DNA of 64,000 bases from Mobula hypostoma (Eukaryota). A program made the translations under genes and the position numbers. The stretch is taken from positions 102,178,001 through 102,242,000 of the forward strand of contig NC_086108.1 in assembly GCF_963921235.1 (NCBI RefSeq), read 5' to 3'. The stretch's first letter is position 1. Each line of letters opens with the position of its first letter. The notes beneath the pieces are model-generated. The model was not told where the DNA came from. It saw nothing but the letters and a program-made list of their open reading frames with translations, and ran no database searches. Shown piece by piece: positions 49,110 through 59,443 of this stretch.

Positions 49110-49519
49110 TAGTACTTTGCAAAAATGTTAGGCACATGTAAAAAATACTCTGTAAAGTAAAGATGCTTTCAAAAATAATAAAATGAAAACTTTCTAAATA
49201 TCAAAAAAATTACTGTAGACAAGTAAGTAGTAAAAAAACTATATCAAATCAATATTTGGTGTGACCACCTTTAAAACAGTATCAATTCTCTTCAGTTCAC
49301 TGTTATGTAGTTTTATTAGAAAATTGGCTGGTAGGTTGTTTCAAGCATCTTGGGGAACTTGCCACAGTTCTTCTGCAAACTTTGGTTGTCAAACTTGCGG
49401 CTGTCTCTCCAGGTAATCTGAGACAGCCTCTGTGATGTTAAGATCAGGGCTCTGTGGTAGCCATACCATCTGAAACCATATAGGTAATCTAGAGTGCCTA
49501 AGACTTTTGTACGTTATTG
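49110..49519. mobile_element. Tc1/mariner-derived non-autonomous element
   Basis: Imperfect TIRs tagtactttgcaaaaatgttaggcac / gtgcctaagacttttgtacgttattg, flanked by TA. Confidence 0.65.
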
Positions 49520-50094
49520 TATGTCAAATACTAAATGGGATAGAGGTGCTTTGAAAAAGAATTTTATTTTATTCCAAGTTTGGTTGGAATTGAGGATGCA
49601 GAGGCAGATGCTCTCTTATCCTTTAGGAAGTAAATAAAGGGGCAATGGATTGCCAAGGCAATGGAGGTTCTGGAACAAGTGCTGGTAAATCAGATTAGTA
49701 CAGATAGCTTGCTTGAATCTCAGCATGGACATGATACGTCAAAGGGTCTGAAACCTGATGATATGGTCCAATATGTATGAAACAGTCATCATTCAATTGA
49801 GAAGAATGGTATTTGATAAATTATATTGTATTTTTCACATAAACTTTCATGAGCAGAAGCTACAAATCCTTTTTTATTGATTTCCCAATAATCATGTGAA
49901 GTTATACTGGCCAAGAAAGGCTTTGAGGTGGTACTAGCTTTGCTGACTGCAAAGTTCTAAACTCAAGGATCTTTAGGGCTATCCTATATAGATAGCTGTG
50001 GAATCCTCAGGAAAGGGAGGTTATTCTGTAACCACCTTCTCTTCCAAGAGTAGTTGACTTCCTTGTTTATCCTCTGTGCTGTGCTTAGCTCCCA

Positions 50095-53000
50095 ATACTT
50101 TGACTCAAGAGATTCTGGCAGTTTTGGCAGTTGGTCTGTGCAATCAAGTCAATCAAGATTTGAATAGATTAGCAGAAAGCCATTGATTAGACAATCAAGA
50201 TTTGAATAGCTCAGACTCAGCAGAAAGCAGCTGATTGGGCAGTCGAGGTCAGGTGACCAAACATTTTGAAAAGCTCAAACAGATAAATAGAGGGATAGCT
50301 CAAGGGAGGCAGCCAGTGGAAAGCAGCCAGTGAGTGAGTGGGCCAGTGAAGGAGTGGAGCTTTGAGGCTTTGATTGAGAGATTCTAGCAGTTTTGGCAGT
50401 TGGTCTGTGCAATCAAGTCAATCAAGATTTGAATAGGTCAGCAGAAAGCCATTGATTAGACAATCAAGATTTGAATAGCTCATACTCAGCAGAAAGCAGC
50501 TGATTGGGCAATTGAGGTCAGGTGACCAAACATTTTGAAAAGCTCAAACAGATAAATAGAGGGATAGCTCAAGAGAGGCAGCCAGTGGCTGGTGTGTGAG
50601 TGGGCCAGTGAGGCTTTGAGGCTTTGAGGCTTTGAGGCTTTGAGGCTTTGAGGCTTTGAGGCTTTGAGGCTTTGAGGCTTTGAGGCTTTGAGGCTTTGAG
50701 GCTTTGAGGCTTTGAGGCTTTGAGGCTTTGAGGCTTTGAGGCGAAGGACAAGCTAGCTTGCAGTTAGTTTTTACAATGTCTCCTGAGATGGTGATGTGCC
50801 TCTCATGTGAGATGTGGCAGTCTTGGGGGAACTCCCCTCTCCCGCAGAGTCACATCTGCCAGAAGTGCATACGGCTGGGTGATCTGGAAGACTGTGTAAG
50901 GAATCTGGAGCAGCAGCTGAGTGACCTTTGACTTGTAAGAGAGAATGAGGCAGTCATAGATGAGAGCTACAGGGAGGTAGTCACACCTAGGCTGTCGGAA
51001 GCAGGTTGTTATGTGACAGTCAGAGGGGGGAAAGCGAAGGTGAGCAGACAGGTCGTGCAGAGCACCCCTGTAGCCATTCCCCTGAATAATAAGTTTACTG
51101 ATCTGGATACTGTTGGTGGGGATGACCGACCAGGTGTGAGCCACGGTGGCAGGGCCTCTGGCACTGAGTCTGACCCTGTGGTGCAGAAGGGGGGGACGGA
51201 GAAGAGGAGAGCTGTTGTCATTGGAGACTCTATAGTCAGGGGAGCAGACAGGAGATTTTGTGGGCATGAGAAGGACACCCGCATGGTTTGTTGCCTCCCA
51301 GGTGCCAGGGTCCGAGATGTCTCTGACTGGGTGCATGACATCCTGGAAAGAGAGGGAAAGCAACCAGAAGTCGTGATACATGTAGGGACCAATGACATAG
51401 GCAGGAAGAGGGATGAGGTCCTGAAGTGTGAGTTTCGGGAACTAGGCTGAAGAACAGGACCTCAAGGGTGATGTTCTCAGGATTGCTGCCAGTGCTACGT
51501 GACTGTGATGGTAAGAATTGGAGGAGATGGCAGTTGAATGCGTGGCTGAGGAGTTGGTGCAGGGAGCAGGGTTTCAGATTTTTAGATCATTGGGATCTCT
51601 TCTGGGGAAGGTGGGACCTGTACAGATTGGATGAGTTGCACCTGAACTTGAGGGGGAGCAATATCCTTGCAGGTAGGTTTGCTAGCATGGTTCAGGAGGG
51701 TTTAAACTAATTTGCGAGGGGGATGGGACCCAGAGCGATAGAGCAGTGAAAGAAGTGCATGGAGTAAAGCCAGATCTAACATATAGAGAGGCTTTCAGGA
51801 AAGAGAAGCAGAATAAATGGTGTAAAGACAGTAAGGTAGAAGGGCTGAAGTGTGTGTACCTCAATGCAAGAAGCATCAGGAACAAAGGTGATGAACTGAG
51901 AGCTTGGATTCATACGTGAAATTATGATGTAGTGGCCATTACAGAGACTTGGCTGGCACCGGGGCAGGAGTGGATTCTCACTATTCCTGGATTTCAGTGC
52001 TTTAAAAGGGATAGAGAGGGCGGAAAAAGGGGAGGAGGGGTGGCATTACTGGTCAAGGATACTATTACAGCTACAGAAAGGGTGGGTAATGTAGCAGGAT
52101 CCTCTTTTGAGTCAATATGGGTGGAAGTCAGGAACAGGAAGGGAGCAGTTACTCTACTGGCGGTATTCTATAGGCCCGCTGGTAGCAGCAGTGATACAGA
52201 GGAGCAGATTGGGAGGCAGATTTTGGAAAGGTGCAAAAATAACAGGGTTGTTATCATGGGTGACTTTAACTTCCCTAATATTGATTGGCACCTGATTAGT
52301 TCCAAGAGTTTAGATGGGGCAGAATTTGTTAAGTGTGTCCAGGAAGGATTCCTGTCACAGTATGTGGACAGGCTGACCAGGGGGAATGCAATACTGCATC
52401 TAGTACTAGGTAATGAACCGGGTCAGGTCACAGATCTCTCAGTGGGTGAGCATCTGGGGGACAGTGACCACCACTCCCTGGCCTTTAGCATTATCATGGA
52501 AAAGGATAGAATCAGAGAGGACAGGAAAATTTTTAATTAGGGAAAGGCAAATTATGAGGCTATAAGGCTAGAACTTGCGGGTGTGAATTGGGATGATGTT
52601 TTTGCAGGGAAATGTACTATGGACACGTGGTCGATGTTTAGAGATCTCTTGTGGGATGTAAGGGATAAATTTGTCCCGGTGAGGAAGACAAAGAATGGTA
52701 GGGTGAAGGAACCATGGGTGAAAAGTGAGGTGGAAAATCTAGTCAGGTGGAAGAAAGCAGCATACATGAGGTTTAGGAAGCAAGGATCAGATGGGTCTAT
52801 TGAGGAATATAGGGAAGCAAGAAAGGAGCTTAAGAAGGGGCTGAGAAGAGCAAGAAGGGGGCATGAGAAGGCCTTGGAGAGTAGGGTAATGGAAAACCCC
52901 AAGGCATTCTACAATTATGTGAAGAAAAAAAGGATGACAGGAGTGAAGGTAGGACCGATTAGAGATAAAGATGGGAAGATGTGCCTGGAGGGTGTGGAAG

Positions 53001-54681
53001 TGAGCAAGGTCCTCAATGAATACTTCTCTTCGGTATTCACCAATGAGAGGGAACTTGATGATGGTGAGGACAATATGAGTGAGGTTGATGTTCTGGAGCA
53101 TGTTGATATTAAGGGAGAGGAGGTGTTGGAGTTGTTAAGATACATTAGGATGGATAAGTTCCCGGGGCCTGACGGAATATTCCCCAGGCTGCTCCACGAG
53201 GTGAGAGAAGAGATTGCTGAGCCTCTGGCTAGGATCTTTATGTCCTCGTTGTCCATGGGAATGGTACCGGAGGGTTGGAGAGAGGCGAATGTTGTCCCCT
53301 TGTTCAAAAAAGGTAGTAGGGATAGTGCAGGTAATCATAGACCAGTGAGCCTTGTGTCTGTGGTGGGAAAGCTTTTGGAAAAGATTCTTAGAGATAGGAT
53401 CTATAGGCATTTAGAGAATCATGTTCTGATCAGGGACAGTCAGCATGGCTTTGTGAAGAGCAGATCGTGTCTAACAAGCCTGATAGAGTTCTCTGAGGAG
53501 GTGACCAGGCATATAGATGTGTGTAGTGCAGTGGATGTGATCCATGTGGATTTTAGTAAGGCATTTGACAAGGTTCCACATGGTAGGCTTATTCAGAAAG
53601 TTAGAAGGCATGGGATCCAGGGAAGTTTGGCCAGGTGGATTCAGAATTGGCTTGCCTGCAGAAGGCAGAGGGTGGTGGTGGAGGGTGTACGTTCAGATTG
53701 GAGGATTGTGACTAGTGGTCTGTTCTGGGACCTCTACTTTTTGTGATTTTTATTAACGACCTGGATGTGGGGGTAGAAGGGTGGGTTGGCAAGTTTGCAG
53801 ACGACACAAAGGTTGGTGGTGTTGTAGATAGTGTAGAGAATTGTCAAAGATTACAGAGAGACATTGATAGGATGCAGGAGTGGGCTGAGAAGTGGCAGAT
53901 GGAGTTCAACCCAGAAAAGTGTGAGGTGGTACACTTTGGAAGGACAAACTCCAAGGCAGAGTACAAAGTAAATGGAGGATACTTGGTAGTGTGGAGGAGC
54001 AGAGGGATCTCGGGGTACATGTTCACAGATCCCTGAAAGTTGCCTCACAGGTAGATAGGGTAGTTAAGAAAGCTTATGGAGTATTAGCTTTCATAAGTCG
54101 AGGGATAGAGTTTAAGAGTCGCAATGTAATGATGCAGCTCTATAAAACTCTGGTTAGGCCACACTTGGAGTATTGTGTCCAGTTCTGGTCACCTCACTAT
54201 AGGACGGATGTGGAAGCATCGGAAAGGGTACAGAGGAGACTTACCAGGATGCTGCCTGGTTTACAAAGTATGCATTATGATCAGAGATTAAGGGAGCTAG
54301 GGCTTTACTCTTTGGAGAGGAGGAGGATGAGAGGAGACATGATAGAGGTGTACAAGATAATAAGAGGAATAGATAGAGTGGATAGCCAGCGCCTCTTCCC
54401 CAGGGCACCACTGCTCAATACAAGAGGACATGGCTTTAAGGTAAGGGGTGGGAAGTTCAAGGGAGATATTAGAGGAAGGTTTTTTACTCAGAATGGTTGG
54501 TGCGTGGAATGCACTGCCTGAGTCAGTGGTGGAGGCAGATACACTAGTGACGTTAAAGAGACTACTAGACAGGTATATGGAGGAATTTAAGGTAGGGGCT
54601 TATATGGGAGGCAGGGTTTGAGGTTCGGCACAACATTGTGGGCCAAAGGGCCTGTACTGTGCTGTACTATTCTATGTTCTA
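50095..54681 (+). mobile_element. Full-length, mildly decayed CR1 LINE of a second family
   Basis: 5' tandem monomers of about 268 bp, (GAGGCTTT)n array, ORF1 from ATG 50776 (C..C, GDSI esterase) to 51710, ORF2 APE+RT pieces to about 54530, tattctatgttctat tail. Confidence 0.93.
50609..50743 (+). repeat. (GAGGCTTT)n 8-bp minisatellite in the CR1 5' UTR
   Basis: More than a dozen perfect consecutive units. The upstream monomer has only about 2 units (about 50357-50372). Confidence 0.95.
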
Positions 54682-55094
54682 TACCCACTATTTGAGTGGT
54701 GGGTCCATTCTCCCAACCAAGGAGAGATACTTCCTACTAACAGTAGTTTAAGCACAGTTCATTTATTTTACTGGCATGTTTAAATCAAGACAAAACTCTT
54801 AAAACACATTTAAAACTCAGAGATCATGTATCTGATAAAAGATTTCCAAATTACAAACTATTTCTAAAACACAAATGATTTCCAATACACAGGTACAATT
54901 CCTATAAGCTAAAAAGATGTACCAACAAGTCGTAGACAAACAAATCGTCTGTCACAGAAATCAAAGGCAGAGGAATGAATTCTCATCACCTGTGTGCTCT
55001 GACCCAGCATTCCATGTTCTAAGGATAGTGCTGGTTGTTTGCTAAGCTCTCTTTCTAACTTCAGGCTGATTATTGCTTGCTATTTACATTAAGG

Positions 55095-55352
55095 TGTCGG
55101 CTGGTGGTGTAGGGGCATCATCTCTGGACTGCGAGGCGGAGGTTCTGAAGTTCAAACCCAGCCGGCTCCCCCTGGCATGCTTTCCATCCATGCAGGGTTA
55201 AGAGCTGGTGATCTCTTAGAAAAAAAAACTCACCTGGCAGAAGGCAATGGCAAACCACTGCTGTAACTTGCCTCGTACGCGAATTCCAACTACGTCAGAA
55301 TGGCGTGGGAGGAAGTCGTCCGCTACCCAGAATAATTCCGAATGCGACCTAC
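55095..55352 (+). mobile_element. tRNA-headed SINE with an RTE-like segment
   Basis: 13-bp TSD ATTTACATTAAGG (55082-55094, 55353-55365). A/B-box-like head (tggtggtgtagg, gttcaaaccc). ggcaatggcaaaccact motif typical of RTE-derived SINEs. Confidence 0.78.
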
Positions 55353-56349
55353 ATTTACATTAAGGACTGAAGACTGGCTCCTGTTTATGACAAGAAGCTG
55401 AACAAAGAATACTAGTTGGAAGTTTAACTTACTAATCTCTACAAATATCAGCTTATGTCAGAAAGCTGAGCTCGGCAGAAAAGGCCCTGTGACCCTGCAC
55501 AGTGAATATCAAGCACAGTTCAATAGCCTGTGAGCTTACTTTAAGATTAGGAAAGCTGGAGTACAATTGACCAAGAGTAGAACTAGGAAAAAGTTAAAGA
55601 TTAGCCTTATTTGTCACATGCACATCAAAACATATAGTGATATGCGTCTTTTTGTGTGAACAATCAGCACGGTCTGAGGAAACCATGTTTTTGTCACCAC
55701 CCTAGCTCGCTCATGATTTACTAACTCATATGTCTTTGGTATATGAGAGGAAACCAGAGCACTCAGAGGAAACCTTAATTAATTATAATTAGATCGTAAT
55801 TATAGCATGGATAGGAAGACACGTGGATGAGAAAGCAACAATTTGAACATGTAAAAGAAAAAAAATAAATTATTTCTAACAGTGAGGTTAAAAATCATTT
55901 GAGACCCAAAATTACTGTAAATGCTGATGTCCCACATGAGCATTCTCTCATTTTATTTAACACCATGTAACTCACTTTCAAAGACTCTTCATCTCATGTT
56001 TTTGATTGTTATTGCTATTTATTTATATTTGCATTTGCACAGTTTGTTGTCTTCTACACTCTGTTTGGACGGACTTTCATTGATTCGGTTATAGTAACTA
56101 TTCTATAGATTTGTTGAGTATGCCCACCAAGAAAATGAATCTCAGGGTTGCATATGGTGATAATAAAATTTACTTTGAACTTTCTTTTCATTCTGTTTAT
56201 TTTCATCTAGCTGTGCCTTAAACATTGCTATTTAATGTAGTTGTCCTTAGTATCAATGTGTCCCACAATCAAAGCAGAGGGCAGAAAAATGACTCCTGAG
56301 TGGATTTGTTGGTTAATCTCTTTTATTTAGTATCCTTAAATAATATGAT

Positions 56350-56640
56350 GATGCGGTATTATAGTGGTTAGCGGAACACTTTACAGCGTCAGTGATCACA
56401 GATCGGAGTTCAATTCCCTCTGTTGCCTGTAGAGGGGCCACATGGGGTTCCTCCAGCTGTTCCAGTTTCATCCCACGTTCCAAAGATATACAGGTTAGTG
56501 TTAGTAAGTCGTGGGCATGCCCACGTTGGCACTGAAAGAGTGGTGACACTGGCAGGCTGTCTGCAGCACATCCTCAACCCAAATGATGCATTTCACTGTA
56601 CGTGTCAAAGCAACAAATAAAGCTAACCTAACCTAATCAC
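56350..56640 (+). mobile_element. V-SINE-like remnant
   Basis: tagtggttagc A box, gagttcaattcc B box, ggttcctccagctgttccagtttcatcccacgttccaaaga V-like domain. Confidence 0.6.
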
Positions 56641-58507
56641 TAACCCGAGAATTGTTTGACATGAATAATTTGAATATATGGAAAATATATCATTGTTAAA
56701 TTGGAATATTTTGTTAGCATCCTTGAATGTATTTTTAATAGGGTGTGGAATCCAGTAAATTCAAGTTTTTGAAATTTTTAATTAAAGTTATATACGATAT
56801 ATACTGTATAACATTTATCACTTTAAAATTCAGAGACCAACAAAAGCTCTTAAAACCACCCCTGGCAGGATAGAAAAAGTCCCTACACTTTACCATTCCA
56901 GTAATACAAGCTTTAAAGAGGAGGCCAATACTTATGAAGGAATGAATCAGTGTGGGCAGCAGATTGACAGAATAATGGAAGACATGAAACAATTGAAAAA
57001 TTAAGTAAATTTTGATAATTTTTCATTTAAAAAATAGATTGATGAAATTCTTTTTTAATATTGCCTCAAGCAGTGCGAGCTAATTATTTGCATTTTCCAC
57101 TTGAACCTTTGATTGGAGAACAGTCTCTGATGAAGCATGGTGTAATAGCTTGAATCTGAAGGTGCACTGAGCCAAAAAAGCACCTAAATATTTGCTGTGT
57201 AATGGATAATAAATATATTGCAATTCACTTGGGGTAATTCATTAAATTTACATCTGTTACCACTAAAATAAATTGTTAGATTTCCCCCCAAAGCTGGACA
57301 CATCAAATGAACTATTTGAGGAAGACTTGGATGTCTCCAATAAATCAAAATGCATAGCTGCAAATTTAGAAGCTGGACAGACATGAACAAGCAATAAAGC
57401 TTTCTGGGAGACCTTTGAAAAGTTACTGGGCTTGAAAGTGTAATTATGTGTGACTTTTGTGTGATAATGCAATGTAAAAGAGAATGCTTCAAGTTCCAAG
57501 TCCACTTATTATCAAAGTATGTGTAATATGCTGTAAGGGTTGACTGCTTATGTAATGGTTTTTCTGTACCAGCAATGTTTGGGTTATGGCTGGAGATAAC
57601 AGGACTGTGGATACCTGTTAGCCAATCAGAATTTTGTTGCCCTGTCTTGTGATTCTGGAAGCAGTTGATTTTGCGGGGGGATAGGGAGGGAGGGGGGGAT
57701 GGGGATGGAGGGAGGGGGAGAAGGGGGAGAAAGAGAGGCAGACAGACAGACAGAGAGACAGAGACAGAGCGAGAAAGATGAAAAGAGAAGACACGAATGG
57801 AGAGATTTGGTAGACTGCCAGACGGGGTGGACTCCGAGTGGGGTTCCGAAAGTCGGCGACGCTCGAAGGAGACTGATGGTGGAAGAAGGACTACTGAGTG
57901 AGCTTCAACTTTGTGCACAGACTGCTTAAATAAGATTTAGGCCCTTTTTCTTTTATATTTTATAGTGACGTCGGGCAGTGCAGCACGGCAGATTTAAAAG
58001 GGCAGACATCCTGCTTCGGATTTGATTCGAAGGAGGAGTCTGAGAGTCTGAGTGGGAGTGCCGAGAAAGAGATTTTTGAAATTTTCGTTATTTTTTTTCT
58101 CCAACGGCTTTCTGAGAGGCGGGACTGCGCAGGCGTGTGACGTCGGGCAGTGCAGCGCGGCAGATTTAAAAGGGCAGACATCCTGCTTCGGATTTGATTC
58201 GAAGAAGGAGTCTGAGAGTCTGAGTGGGAGTGCCGAGAAAGAGATTTTTGAAATTTTCGTTATTTTTTTTCTCCAACGGCTTTCTGAGAGGCGGGACTGC
58301 GCAGGCGTGTGACGTCGGGCAGTGCAGCGCGGCAGATTTAAAAGGAACAGAGCCTCAGAGAGCGGGCAGCGTAGTTTGCGGGCAGCGGAGTGAGCCGGGA
58401 GCAGAGTGAAGACTTAAGGGCTTCGGCTCACCGGGCTTAGGCGGAAGCGGGCGAGGCGAGGAAGGTTTGACATTAATTTTCTGTTGCTATTTGAGGAGAG
58501 GGGCATT

Positions 58508-59443
58508 ATGACTGTGAGGGCAGTTTGCTGTTCTCGGTGTCGGATGTGGGAGGCCCTGGAGTCTCCAAGCCTCCCGGACGTCTACATCTGCGCCAAGTAC
58601 ATCGAGATGCAGCTCCTAAGGGACCACGTTACGGAACTGGAGCTGCAGCTCGATGACCTTCGTCTGGTCAGGGAGAGCGAGGAGGTGATAGAGAGGAGTG
58701 GAAGGCAGGTGGTCACGCCGGGGCCACGGGAGGCAGACAAGTGGGTCACGGTTAGGAGGGGGAAGGGGAAAAGGCAGGTGATGGGGAGTACCCCGGCGGC
58801 TGTGCCCCTTAACAACAGGTACTCCTGTTTGAGTACTGTTGGGGGGGACAGCTTACCCGGGGGAAGCGACAGTGGCCCTGCCTCCGGCACAGAGTCTGGC
58901 CCTGTAGCTCAGAAGGGTAGGGCAAGGAAGAGGAGGGCAGTTGTGATAGGGGACTCGATAGTAAGGGGGTCAGATAGGCGATTCTGTGGACGCAGTCCAG
59001 AGACTCGGATGGTAGTTTGCCTCCCTAGTGCCAGGGTCCGGGATATTTCTGATCGTGTCCAAGATATCCTGAAGTGGGAGGGTGAAGAGCCAGAGGTCCT
59101 GGTACATATAGGTACCAATGACATAGGTAGGAAAAGGGATGAGGTCCTGAAAGAAGAATATAGGGAGCTAGGAAGGGAGTTGAGAAAAAGGACCGCAAAG
59201 GTAGTAATCTCGGGATTACTGCCTGTGCCACGCGACAGTGAGAGTAGGAATGCGATGAGGTGGAGGATAAATGCGTGGCTGAGGGATTGGAGCAGGGGGC
59301 AGGGATTCAAGTTTTTGGATCATTGGGACCTCTTTTGGCGCAGGTGTGACCTGTACAAAAAGGACGGGTTACACTTAAATCCTAGGGGGACCAATATCCT
59401 GGCAGGGAGATTAGCGGGGGCTACTGAGGTGACTTTAAACTAG
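58508..59443 (+). CDS. CR1 ORF1 (Zn finger, coiled coil, SGNH/GDSL esterase domain)
   Basis: MTVRAVCCSRCRMW..., LELQLDDL coiled coil, VIGDSIV, HIGTND, DGLH motifs. Confidence 0.92.
   Translation: MTVRAVCCSRCRMWEALESPSLPDVYICAKYIEMQLLRDHVTELELQLDDLRLVRESEEVIERSGRQVVTPGPREADKWVTVRRGKGKRQVMGSTPAAVPLNNRYSCLSTVGGDSLPGGSDSGPASGTESGPVAQKGRARKRRAVVIGDSIVRGSDRRFCGRSPETRMVVCLPSARVRDISDRVQDILKWEGEEPEVLVHIGTNDIGRKRDEVLKEEYRELGRELRKRTAKVVISGLLPVPRDSESRNAMRWRINAWLRDWSRGQGFKFLDHWDLFWRRCDLYKKDGLHLNPRGTNILAGRLAGATEVTLN

Noticed and set aside
50569..50751. (ASKPQSLK)n repeat protein or CRISPR-like array
   Set aside because: It is the translation of an 8-bp minisatellite: no spacers, no cas genes, eukaryotic context.
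57184..57918. 244-aa minus-strand ORF
   Set aside because: It spans simple repeats and the solo LTR boundary, and has no recognisable domain.
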